A stretch of 64,000 nucleotides of DNA from Octopus vulgaris (taxonomy: Eukaryota): positions 22,630,001-22,694,000 of the forward strand of contig OX597827.1 in assembly GCA_951406725.2 (NCBI GenBank). The letters are read 5' to 3'. Within the stretch, counting starts at the first letter, position 1, and the number at the start of each line of letters is the position of its first letter. A program made the position numbers and the translations under genes. The notes under the pieces were generated by a model. The model saw nothing but the letters and a program-made list of their open reading frames with translations. It ran no database searches and had not been told where the DNA came from. Below, one piece after another: positions 52,236 to 63,948 of this stretch.

Positions 52236-52345
52236 GAAGAGCTTCTTTCAGTTTCCACCAATTCCACTCACAAGGCTTTGGTCAGCCCAAGGCTATAGTA
52301 GAAGACAATTGCTCAAGGTGCCACACTGTGGGACTGAATTGAATA
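51690..52345 (-). mobile_element. Family A SINE with an insertion in its internal microsatellite
   Basis: 3' half 51690-51910 and 5' half 52235-52345. Confidence 0.75.
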
Positions 52346-52853
52346 TATTTAAATCTACTTAAATCAACATTTCAAATTGCCATGAGAGAGAGAGGGGGTG
52401 GGGCTAGCATTTACCTGGACTGTTTCTCGTTGGATCCCCATCACCTGATAAAACAGCATTTATTATAAATATTATTTACAAGAATTTTGGGAGATTCCTG
52501 CTTCAGTTCGGTTTTCACACTATTTTACTTTTTTAGACCCAATCAATTCTTTTATCTATTACCTTTTTTTTCTGTCATTAGACTGTGGCCAAGCTGGGGC
52601 AACCACCTTGAAGAATTTTTTGTCAAATGAATCAACTCCCATTATTTTTTTAAAGCCTGGTATTTTATTCTATCAGTCCGTTTTGCTGAACCGCTAAGTT
52701 ATGGGGATGTAAGCACACCAACACCGATCGTCAGCTGGTGATGGGAGACATACACACACATGCGCGCGCACACTAATCCCCAAAAGAACAATGCTAGGCT
52801 GCTCCAGCATAGGCAGACCACAGCTAATACCAACCTATTTTTTGTTTCGACAG

Positions 52854-52896
52854 ACAGTCTGGTAGAGGGGAGATAACTGAGTCCGGAATCAGAGAA
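52854..52896 (+). CDS. DNAAF9: DNAAF9 exon 11 (QSGRGEITESGIRE)
   Basis: Phase 2 to 0 fits its neighbours; aligns to LELSESQAGE. Confidence 0.82.
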
Positions 52897-53047
52897 GTGA
52901 GTATCATTTTCACTTATTCAACTATTTCTGGTGCGTGTGTGTGTGTGTGTATGCGGCGGTGGTGGTGGTGGTGTATTTGACAGTTGACTTTCCTACATCT
53001 TGTACCTGTGTCCCTTAACTTGCAGTAATATTGTGTGTCTCTTGCAG

Positions 53048-53112
53048 CCACTGGAGACTTATTATAAACATGCATGTTTGAACACACAATACCAACAACA
53101 ATACTCTGACAG
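53048..53112 (+). CDS. DNAAF9: DNAAF9 exon 12 (PLETYYKHACLNTQYQQQYSD-S)
   Basis: Aligns to PFRSYFSHG; canonical splice sites. Confidence 0.88.
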
Positions 53113-53267
53113 GTAAAGAATCTTCTTCTTCTTCTTCTTCTTCTTCTTCTTCTTCTTCTTCTTCTTCTTCTTCTCCTCTTCCTCCACCTCCTCCTCCTCT
53201 TCCTCAACTTTTTCTTTGTGTGTGTGTGTATGTATGTGTGTGTGTGTGTTTTCATACGTATAGATAG

Positions 53268-53322
<55 letters not shown>

Positions 53323-53450
53323 GGTAGTATATCCAAACTTACAGAGAAAAATTAGATTTAGGATTAAATCAAATTTCACAGTATAAATATAAATTAAATA
53401 AGAGATAAAACCACTATAATTCATATATATATATATATTATTATTTATAT

Positions 53451-53487
<37 letters not shown>

Positions 53488-53652
53488 CCCACACACGCAT
53501 GGCTATCTCTTGTGCTTACTCTCTGTATGTCATCCTCATCATCATTATCAGCATCATCCCCACCAAATTAATTTACTATTGTTAATTCTCATTTTTGTTT
53601 TTTGTTTTGTTTCTTTTTGTCATCTGCCAACCCCATCACCCCCCATCATCAG

Positions 53653-53779
53653 CCGGCATCAACCTTTTGTCTTCATCGGATCCAATGCAAGCAAGGACCA
53701 CATATTGAACCCTCAACCTTCCTTGAAGAAAAGTTCACCTCTCAGCTATGACATCACTGCGGGTTCACCAGTTTTAGTG
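53653..53779 (+). CDS. DNAAF9: DNAAF9 exon 13 (RHQPFVFIGSNASKDHILNPQPSLKKSSPLSYDITAGSPVLV)
   Basis: Matches RQPFVLFGNHSTRENLN; GTAAG donor. Confidence 0.9.
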
Positions 53780-53804
53780 GTAAGTCTGAATTGTAACACT
53801 CTTG

Positions 53805-53836
<32 letters not shown>

Positions 53837-53864
53837 GGTGGTTTGTTTGCTTGTTTGTTTGTTG

Positions 53865-54220
53865 AGTGAAGCAGTCTTCGTCCGTAGTGGGAGAAGTCTG
53901 AAATGTGGTCCTTTGCTATTCGTAAGACCGCAAAAGAGAAAGCAGGTCAACCCCCAACACCGAGAGCATCGACGGATGGATGATTGCGCATCCAGGCTCA
54001 GTGACTGCATAGGAAGTCAGGGACAAGAAACAGGAAGAAAGAGTGAGAGAAAGTTGGAGCAAAAGAGTACAACAGGGGTTGCCACCACCCCCTGCCAGAG
54101 CCTCGTGGAGCTTTAGGTGTTTTCGCTCAATAAACACACACAACGCCCGGTCTGGGAATCGAAACTGTGATCCTCCGACCGCGAGTCCACAGCCCTAACC
54201 ATTGGGCCATTGCACCTCCA
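53865..54220 (-). mobile_element. Family C SINE
   Basis: Near-identical head to 16395-16702. Confidence 0.83.
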
Positions 54221-54221
54221 C

Positions 54222-54312
<91 letters not shown>

Positions 54313-54914
54313 GGTGGTGGTGGTGGTGGTGGTGGTGGTGGTGGTGGTGGTGGTGGTGGTGGTGAAAGGGCAGGGATGGTGATGTGGAAGTGGACCCTGT
54401 TGGTGACTCAACACATACCTCTGTGTCATTAAAAGGTGTTTTGATTCACAATGGCAGCAGATCAAATACTTTTGAACATCTGGCAGATGTAATATGCTTG
54501 ATACTCGACACGGAGTGACACCTGGTGTCCTGCTTCAAAGTGAGCTTCAACATTAAGAAAAGTATGTGATCTGAAGATTTAAAACCCAAGTTATGTGGCC
54601 CCTATTTTTACCACAGTCCTTCACCAAAATCTATAGGGTCTCAAGTATACCCCGACACCTTTCATACCACTGCTTCCCTAAATTGTGCAGATCACTGAAC
54701 TCCTCATTTCTACAATCTCATCCCTGCTGCATCCTATTTTACTCAACAATCTTAAATAGATTATGGTGTGGAATGTAAGGTGTAAGAAGCTGAGTGGATA
54801 AAATAGTGGCCCGCCAACTCGTTGGTTGAGAGTTCTAATTCATTGCAGGTGTTTTGTTAATTTCCAGATCTAAGACATCCAGCTGCCCACAACAGATGTC
54901 AAATTATCTTTGAA

Positions 54915-55560
54915 ATCATCATCATCATCATCATTTAATGTCCGTTGTCCATGCTGGCATGGGTTGGACGGTTTGACTGGGGTGGAAGGCTGCACCAGAC
55001 TCCAGTCTGATTTGGTATGGTTTTCTACAGCTGGATGCCTTTCCTACTGCCAACCACTCTAAGAGTGTAATGGGTGCTTTTATGTGCCACCAGTACAAGT
55101 GCCATTTGCATGACATTGGGGGTGATTTTACATGACACCGACACAGGTGCTAATTTGCGTGACACCGGTATCTGCCATGACTGTGATTTTGCTTGGCTTG
55201 ATGGGTCTTCTTCTCAAGCATGACATAATGCCAAAGGTCTCAGTCATTGCCTCTGTGAGGCCCAACACTCAAAAGGAACTCAGCCACTTTGTCTCCATGA
55301 GGCCCAATATTTGAAAGGAACTTTGTTCAAAAGATGTTCTTTACATGCCACCAGCATGAGTACACTTGGCTTGATGGGTCCTCTCAAGCACAGAACATCG
55401 CCAAAGGTCTCAGTCACCAGTCATTGCTTCTGTGTGACTCAAAGTTCAAAGATCATGCTTCTCCACCTCATCTTATATCTTCCTGGGTCCATCTCTTCCT
55501 CTACAGGTTCCCTCCAGTTAGAGATTGGCACTTCTTTACACAGCTGTTCTCGTCCATAAT
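54915..55560 (-). mobile_element. RTE LINE 3' fragments and tail
   Basis: Reverse complement of the RTE C-terminus (SCVKKC..L..EG..GRGRPRK.W) and the (GAT)n tail. Confidence 0.75.
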
Positions 55561-56631
55561 TACTGTTAATTGGTTTCCTATTAATTATGCTGTGATATTA
55601 TGAGTATTCTGGCAGAATCATTGCCAGACAAAATGCTTTTATCCATAAATCCTGCTGACAATGACTTGACCTTTCATCCTTTCAGGTTTGATAAAATAAG
55701 GTACCAGCTGTGCACTGGGGTCGAAGGTATCAGCTTACCTCCTCCTGCTCTGAAATTGCTGGTCTTGTGCCAAACTTTGAAACCAATATTATTGGGTGGG
55801 GGACACAATATTTGCTTTGCTTACCACAATTCTAGTTCCACCAGTCTGTGAATGCTGCTAATGAATTCTGTGAGTTTATTGGCACCATTTTTATAACATT
55901 TGCTCCAATCAAAGGTGCCACTATATTACTCAGGCTACCTGAGTTGGTCTGAATGCCCCCATCCCCACCACTGGAGCTCAGTAACAATGTTTGTTGGCTG
56001 TACTGGCTGGAGCAGGCACAAACCAAATCCTTTTGGACACAGAAGCACCACTGTTTAGGCAAAAATTCTATACATTTGTTTACCTTTAATGTCACTATAT
56101 ATCTTGACCCTCCTTGTTGATATCTTCATGCCTGCGTTGGCTGTATTTTCTATAGTTTCAAAGATTCTGTTACAGTTTGGTCTACATACCATTATCAAAT
56201 CCAGGCAAAGCAACCTTCTTCAAGAAGTAAGCCTCAAAGGACATGGCACATCATCAGGTGGACTGCACTATGAATTTCTTTAGGCATACCATTCAGAAAA
56301 CCCCAAGGGCTGCAGTTTTCCCAAAACTGGTCTAATTCATATAAGTTCTTAGTTTTATCAGAAAACGCATATTATTTCATTGAAATTCTAATTGCCTTTG
56401 ATGTCAGAATTTAGCTTATACTGGAAACCATTTTGGTGCTAATGAAATTTTTACTTGTCACCTCCAAGAATTCCAATTTAAGCTGTTTGATATTGTTAAT
56501 GTGTGCTGACTAAATGCAAAATTGTCGATGACCGAGGAATCACTTTTGTTGGTGTTGCGGAAATGAACTTTCCACTTCATCCTACTATTTGGTTACCATA
56601 ACTACAGTTACTATGTCAACTCTCTCCACAG

Positions 56632-56707
56632 GTCTGTCAAGAAGTCTCTGCCAAAGTTCCTCTCCGCTGTTGTCGTACCTATTTCATTGATGAATTCCAC
56701 TTAACAG
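56632..56707 (+). CDS. DNAAF9: DNAAF9 exon 14 (VCQEVSAKVPLRCCRTYFIDEFHLT-D)
   Basis: Matches VAQCVSPKGPLACSRTYFF. Confidence 0.93.
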
Positions 56708-57254
56708 GTATATACAATGTGGTTGTGTGTCTGGATGTCTGTCTGTTTGGATGTCTGTCTGTCTCTACGAATGTGTGTGTATGTGTGTGCACACGTTTTT
56801 AAGTTAATCTCAGATCAATTCTGGTCAAACAGGCAACCAATCAAACAACTCTATGTTCCTCACAAATCTCTTACCCCATGTACACACACACACACACACA
56901 CATCAATGTGATTTTTCCTGTAAGCATCCAATGTCATGGCTATATTATTACTCCAATATTCCATTACCAGTTTCAACCAGAGGCTGTGGTCATGCTGGAG
57001 CACCAAGATGGACACATTTTTTTTTTTACCCTTTCTTAGTATATCTTCTCTCTTTCATGATGACGAGCTGAAGCCTGAAACATTGATAAATTTTTCCCCT
57101 TTTGTTCTTTTACACAGATTCTGGATTTCATATATTTTTTCATAAATCAATATGATATTCTTGTGTGTGTAATATATTATGTGAAACAAGGATTCAAACA
57201 AACGGATAAAACCTTGAGTCTTAATGTCCAAAATATATATATACATATATATAT

Positions 57255-57561
57255 CACCATCATCACCGTGACTGACCAGGCTATCAGATGTTGCTACACA
57301 TCGCTGGTCACAATGTGCTTCGCATTGTTTTAGCCTTCAAATGACGCCACCCCGCTGGCTAAGCAAGCAGGCCAACAGAAGAAAGATGAGAGAAAATTGT
57401 GGTGAAAGAGTACAGCAGGGATTGCCACCACCCCCTGCTGGAGCCTCGTGGAGCTTTAGGTTTTTTCGCTCAGTAAACACTCATAACGCCCGGTCTGGGA
57501 ATCAAAACCGCAACCCTAGAACTGTGAGTCTGCTGCCCTAACCACTGGGACAGTGCACCTC

Positions 57562-57562
<1 letters not shown>
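57255..57562 (-). mobile_element. Family C SINE
   Basis: Same head and body as the other family C copies. Confidence 0.8.
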
Positions 57563-57621
<59 letters not shown>

Positions 57622-57904
57622 AGTGTGTGTACATATATATTCATGTATGCTTATATAAAAAAAGAGAAGGCAGAGGTGATAAACAATCAAGTATAAATAT
57701 ATATTTTTTAATAGAGCAAACTTACTCATGGCAATAATTATTATCAACATACGTAATATATCCATACATTCTTGCTGTGTGTATACTGCATATGATGACT
57801 GTATCATGGTTGATGTCTGTGCGATATCTCTTTCTAAATGTGTGTGTGTGTGTGTGTGCGTTATACACTTGTAACCTTTTGGCATTATCTCCAATCTCTT
57901 GCAG

Positions 57905-57941
57905 ATAATTCAGAGTCAGATGATGCTAAGAACAAATTCAG
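57905..57941 (+). CDS. DNAAF9: DNAAF9 probable exon 15 (NSESDDAKNKF-R/S)
   Basis: Good acceptor and phase 1 entry; length fits the low-conservation linker; GTTTG donor. Confidence 0.65.
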
Positions 57942-58501
57942 GTTTGATAACCTTTCATTTCTGTTTCGTTATCTCTTCATCCGTTGGATTAACAGAATCA
58001 GACGAGCATCCAAATGTCTTATGCTGTTTAGATACACCTCTTTGCATTCATCATCATCATCATCATCACTGTCGTTGTTGTGGTCATCATCATTGTCATC
58101 CCTCATCATTTAACGTCCATGGTCCAATCTGGCATGGGTTGGACATTTTGGCAGAACCAGGAGAACAAAAGAACTGCATCAAGCTGTAATGTCTGCTTTG
58201 GCATGCTCTCTACCGTTAAATGTCCTTCCTAATGCCGGCCACTTTACAGCATGGAGTCAGGACCTTTTTTTTTTTTTTCACCACCTACACTATTGAGGTC
58301 ACTTCAAATCTTGTCAGGGGCAATTTTACCTTTCACTATTCCCTTAAGGTTGATAAACAAAGTCCCTGTGAAATATGGGGGGTCAATCTATTTGCTGACT
58401 CATCCCCCAAATGTCTGAATTTTGTGACTCTGTTACAAAACTCTGTGTACTCATACAGTTCAATATTTAAGAGAATGAGGAATTATGTACATTATTTACA
58501 T

Positions 58502-59851
58502 TGCTCTAATTGCTGAGTCACTATCAGAACTGGAGGAGAAGTTTCAGGTGTGGAAGCAAGGATTAGAATTGAAGGGCCTTAGAGTCAACCTAGCTAAAAC
58601 CAAAGTCCTAATAAGTAGGAAGATAAACAAATCACAAACGCCTTCAGGTAGATAGCCCTGCTCGATCTGTTGAAAAGGCGTAGGTAGAAACTCTATAAGA
58701 TGCACCAAGTGTAAGCTATGGACACATAAGAGGTGCAGCAATGTCAAAGGAAGGCTAACTGAGAAGATAATTTTTGTATGTGGCAGATGCTCAGGAGCAA
58801 TAAACACTGAAAATGCGCAGAGACCATCTTCCGCCACATTCCAGGGAGAAAAACTAGAAATAGTTGATAGCTTCTGTTACCTAGGTGACCAAGTCAGTAG
58901 CGGGGGTGGGTGTGCTGAAAGTGTAACTGCTAGAGTAAGAATAGCCTGGGCAAAGTTCAGAGAGCTCTTACCTCTGCTGGTGACAAAAGGCCTCTCGCTC
59001 AGAGTAAAAGGCAGACTGTATGACGCATGTGTACGAACAGCCATGCTACATGGTAGTGAAACATGGGCCGTGACTGCTGAGGATATGCGTAAGCTCGCAA
59101 GAAATGAAGCCAGTATGCTCCAATGGATGTGTAATGTCAGTGTTCATACACGACAGAGTGAAAGTACCTTGAGAGAAAAGTTGGTCCTAAGAAGCATCAG
59201 TTGTGGTGTGCAAGAGAGACGTTTGCGCTGGTATGGTCATGTGGCGAGAATGGATGAAGATAGTTGTGTGAAAAAGTGCCATACCCTAGTGGTTGAGGGA
59301 ACCTGTGGAAGAGGTAGACCCAGGAAAACCTGGGACATGGTGGTGAAGCACGACCTTCGAACTTTAGGTCTCACCGAGGAAATGACTAGAGACCGAGACC
59401 TTTGGAAGTATGCTGTGCGTGAGAAGACCCAGCAGGACAAGTGAGGCCATAACCCGTGGCCTCTACCTGGGATGTAGCAAGTCCACTTATGCATACCTTT
59501 CCTTCTTGGGACACAAAACTCTACTTGTGAAGACCTGTTGAGGCAAGTGAAAATCGAAATCGAAATCGATCAACATCAATGGAATTTGTAGCTGTGATAC
59601 CAGTGCCGGTGGCACGTAAGAGAACCATCCGAACATGGCCGTTTGCCAGCCTTGTCTGGCACCTGTGCCAGTGGCACGTAAAAAGCATCCACTACACTCA
59701 CGGAGTGGTTGGCGTTAGGAAGGGCATCCAGCTGTAGAAACTCTGCCAGATCAGACTGGGCCTGGTGCAGCCTTCTGGCTTCCCAGACCCCAGTTGAACC
59801 GTCCAACCCATGCTAGCATGGAAAGCGGATGTTAAACGATGATGATGATGA
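58502..59851 (+). pseudogene. 5'-truncated RTE LINE, relatively young (RT C-terminal half and 3' UTR)
   Basis: ALIAES...GLRVNLAKTKVL...VDSFCYLGD...RRLRWYGHVARM...GRGRPRKTW; few stops; (GAT)n tail. Confidence 0.92.
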
Positions 59852-60002
59852 TTTACATTATTTACATTCGATGGATATTTGTCCTCATCTTGTTTGTTGT
59901 TAACACAACATTTCGGCTGATATACCCTCCAGCCTTCATCAAGTGTCTTGTGGAAATTTCGAACCTGGGTTCTCATTCCTAAGGTAGTTTTTGAAGTTGT
60001 TG

Positions 60003-60038
<36 letters not shown>

Positions 60039-60169
60039 TTACTGCCTGGAATCAAACTCAGAATCTTGGGGTTAGTAGTCCGCACTCATAACCACTACAG
60101 GCATGTGGCATAGTGGTTAAGAGCGTGTGCTACTAACCTCAAGACTTCAAATTCGATTCTAGGCAGTGA

Positions 60170-60227
<58 letters not shown>

Positions 60228-60249
60228 GATAATAATAATAACATAAAAA
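59851..60249. mobile_element. Second head-to-head pair of the tRNA-headed hammerhead-tail element
   Basis: Complete minus copy 59851-60098 (HHR motif 59902-59947); plus head and (AAT)n 60100-60249, cut off by a MITE. Confidence 0.8.
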
Positions 60250-60651
60250 AACGGCAGTTTTTTCTAGTGGTGTCATATGAAATTGTCACCCATAATTATG
60301 ACCCTTGTATCAATCTATTGCATTTCAATCTATTTTAGGATTAGGGTTAGGGGTGGGGGGAAGGGTATATTTTTTTTTTTTCACAAATGTAAATAAACCC
60401 AATCTGTTTCTTAAACGAGGGACATATTCATACGGCACAGAATGCTTTTTACCTCAATAGACGTCATTGATTGGTTGAAAATGCAGAAATTGAAGGAAAA
60501 ATCAACAAATTTCTTACAAACTATAGAATTTTCTCAATAAAGCCAAGAGAAAAATATGTTTTATAAACACATTCTACCAGTATACAAAGTTAAAAAATTT
60601 ATAATTACCTAGAAATTATGTTAAAAACTGCCGTTCAAACCGAAAAGATCC
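60250..60651 (+). mobile_element. TTAGGG-bearing MITE, left TIR truncated
   Basis: Matches 13140-13583. Confidence 0.9.
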
Positions 60652-61329
60652 GCATGGAGTGCTGAGCACATTTTATGAAAATCAGACGACCATGCACACA
60701 TAAAAAAGAAACAAAAGAAATAGTTAAAATATCTTCTTAGTGTACAACGGTGGCAAGTTTTACATCATCGGAAAAGTCATAGTATTAGAAAAGTATTAGT
60801 CCTCTTGCATTCTGGGTGGTATCGGAGTGTTTGAGTGACATTAGACCCCCAACAAATGCCCATAAATTAAATGCATTTACCTGGGCCACGATCGTGGCCT
60901 GTCGGTCTATGCCTGAAGGCCACGATCGTGACCCCCAATCCTGCTTAATGCGTCAACGTCTCTCAAACCAATCGGTTTTTGTTGGTTTTCGTTTAAAATC
61001 CCAATCCAGGGGAAATAACTCTTCCTTCCTTCTCGGTTTTAATTTTTCAAAATCTCCCGAATTTTTTCGCTAAGATTTTGTTCCACCGTTTTGTTACCAT
61101 TGAGTCGACCTGGAATGTATGTATATCCAGTACTAAAGGTGCTATCCAGTTCTAGTCAGCATGTCTGAAGAGACATCGACTGCGCCTAATGACAATATTC
61201 GATACAAAACCAACATCGATATTTTGTCCAAGTTATAAAAATTATTTATAATTTAACAATACATAAAAAGATTTACTCATTCTGTTACTTATATCAAATG
61301 TGCTTTTGTTTCTGACTTATGGATTACTA

Positions 61330-61570
61330 ACTATGTGAGGTATACTAGCCATCTCAATCTGTGCCCTTATGGTATTTGCAAAGGGAGGGATGTCCTCCCT
61401 TTTCAAATAATATAAGGGCACAGATGACCTCCCTTTGCAAATACCATAGGGACACAGAAATTGTGCCTAAAGCCAGCTTGGAGACGATGTTCTCCTGGGG
61501 CTACAAGCTACAGTAACACCCACCCTTAGTGGTTAGCCATATTGAGATGGCTAGTATACCTCACATTGTC
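61330..61570. mobile_element. Small TIR element with internal inverted repeats
   Basis: ATGTGAGGTATACTAGCCATCTCAAT and ATTGAGATGGCTAGTATACCTCACAT; the internal segment is shared with 43735-43830. Confidence 0.7.
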
Positions 61571-61622
61571 GTGCAGTTACTGTTTACACCTCGTTCAGAG
61601 ATTTATTATTGGATTACTAACT

Positions 61623-61676
<54 letters not shown>

Positions 61677-61879
61677 TAACTTATAAAATAAGGGCAAAAG
61701 AAAAAAATTCTAATGCCAAATATGCCGAAAATAGACATGTATTTTTGGCATATTTGGCATTAGAATTTTTTTCTTTTGCCCTTATTTTATAAGTTATTTA
61801 TAAATTTAACCTTTAAAGGTATTTTTTAATATGCTGGCCATTGATAAAATTTTTTTCGAAAAATTTTATCCTATATTAG

Positions 61880-61914
<35 letters not shown>

Positions 61915-62213
61915 TATATGAGTGAACGAGGCGATTGGCGATTAAAAGAAAAGCAAGCAAATATTTCTTAGCTTAGTTATGCATATCGCAAAACAACAGT
62001 GAATCAAACGGTGTGAAGGTCTAAGAAAAAATGTACTAAGGATCCTTTATAAGAACCATAGCCGAAAATGGTCAAGTAAGACAGCCAGTTCGACCACAGG
62101 AAATAGAAATAGAAATAGCAGCAAGTAGTCGTTGTGAAGAGGGAGCAATGGCCAGTTTACTATCGTTGGGGAGAGAGAAATGGCAGCAGCGAGACATAAG
62201 TAGAACAAGAATG

Positions 62214-62629
62214 GGATCTTTTCGGTTTGAACGGCAGTTTTTTCTAGCGGTGTCATATGAAATTGTTACCCATAATTATGACCCTAGTATCGATCTATTG
62301 CATTTCAATCTGCTTTAGGGTTAAGGTTGGGGGTGGGAGGAAGGGTATCTTTTTTTCTTCACAAATGTAAATAAACCCAATCTGTTTCTTAAACGATGGA
62401 CATATTCTTAGGCACAGAATGCTTTTTACCTCAATGGACATCATTGGTTGGTTGAAATTGCAGAAATTGAAGAAAAAAAACAACAAATATCTTACAAGCT
62501 ATAGAATTTTCTCAATAAAGCCAAGAGAAAAAGATGTTTTATAAACACATTCTACCAGTATACGAAGTTTAAAATTTTTTAGTTACCTAGAAATTATGTT
62601 AAAAACTGCCGTTCAAACCGAAAAGATCC
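62214..62629 (+). mobile_element. Full-length TTAGGG-bearing MITE
   Basis: Both TIRs present; 8-bp TSD CAAGAATG (62206-62213 and 62630-62637). Confidence 0.93.
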
Positions 62630-62654
62630 CAAGAATGCATACAAATCTTAACAA

Positions 62655-62780
62655 TGGCCTCCCTCTTGGATGCAGCACACTTCAACACGCCTCTGTTCAA
62701 GTAGCTCAACAATCTCACTAGACCGACTTTGCAATGTGCCTACATTGACAGTGCCAACCCTGAGAACTGGGTGAGGGGTG
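62655..62780 (-). pseudogene. RTE APE-endonuclease N-terminal fragment
   Basis: LRVGTVNVGTLQSRSSEIVELLEQRRVEVCCIQE. Confidence 0.8.
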
Positions 62781-62954
62781 CAAGACGGAAAATGGACAGG
62801 AGAGATGGTATTGGGCACCTGAAAAGAAGGTTTCAGTGATCGTTTGGTGATACAGACATGTCGTATCAGTTGGTCCCTCACTTTAACCTGCCATCATTCA
62901 AACATGTTTTCTCCGTTGCTAGTGAGTAGCCTTGTAAATGTACTGATCTCTAAT

Positions 62955-63650
62955 TGTGGAGGGAACCTGTGGTGGTGTCAGACCCAGGAAGACATGGGAG
63001 GAAGTGGTGAAGCATGATCTTCGAATTTTGAGCCTCACAGAAGCAATGTCAAGTGACTGAAACCTTTGGCAATATGCTGCGCTTGTGAGGAAGACCCATC
63101 AAGCCAAGTGAAATCATAGCCATGGCCATTGTTGGTGTCCTGTAACTGGCACCCATGCCGGGGGCACGTAAAGAACACCATTTGAACATTGGGCCTCATG
63201 GAGGCAAAGTGACTGAATTCCTTTTAAGTGCTGGATCTCCTGGAGGCAAAGTGGTTGAGTTCTTTTCAAGCATTGGGCCTCATAGAGGTAAAGTAGCTGA
63301 GTTACTTCTGAGTGTTGGGCCTCCCAGAGGCAAAGTGGCTGAATTCCTTTCAAGCATTGGGCCTCGTGGAGGCAATGACTGAGACCTTTGGCATTATGTC
63401 ATTCTTGAGAAGAAGACCCATCAAGCCAAGCAAAATCGCAGTCGTGGCAGGTACTGGTGTCACGTAAATGGCACATAAAAGCACCCATTAAACTCTTGGA
63501 GTGGTATCCAGCTGTAGAACACCATGCCAAATCAGACTGGAGTCTGGTGTAGTCTTCCAGCTTACCAGCCCTGGTCAAACTGGCCAACTCCTGCCAGTAT
63601 GGACAACAGACATTAAATGATGAAGATTGCTGCTGCTGCTGATGATGATA
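62955..63650 (+). mobile_element. RTE 3' fragments with an internal 42-bp tandem repeat (x5)
   Basis: (G/A)GAGG(C/T)AA recurs at 63200, 63242, 63284, 63326 and 63368; RTE C-terminus and tail on either side. Confidence 0.75.
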
Positions 63651-63729
63651 TATATATGGCTTTAGGAAGGGTATCCAGTGGTAGAAACCATATCGAAGCA
63701 GACAGTAGTACTTCTGACTTGCCAGCTCC

Positions 63730-63948
63730 TATTTCTTTACTACCCACAAGGGGCTAAACACAGAGGGGACAAATGGATTAAGTCGATTACATCGACCCCA
63801 GTGTGTAACTGGTACTTAATTTATCGACCCCGAAAGGATGAAAGGCAAAGTCGACCTCAGCGGAATTTGAACTCAGAACGTAATGGCAGACGAAATACGG
63901 CTACGCATTTCGCCCGGCGTGCTAACGTTTCTGCCAGCTTGCCGCCTC
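63730..63948 (-). mobile_element. Family B SINE, young (CpGs retained)
   Basis: Near-identical to 11579-11810. Confidence 0.88.

Noticed and set aside
57045-57095. Additional hammerhead (ATGATGA...GAAACATT)
   Set aside because: The core C is missing and the helices are imperfect; too degenerate to call from one copy.
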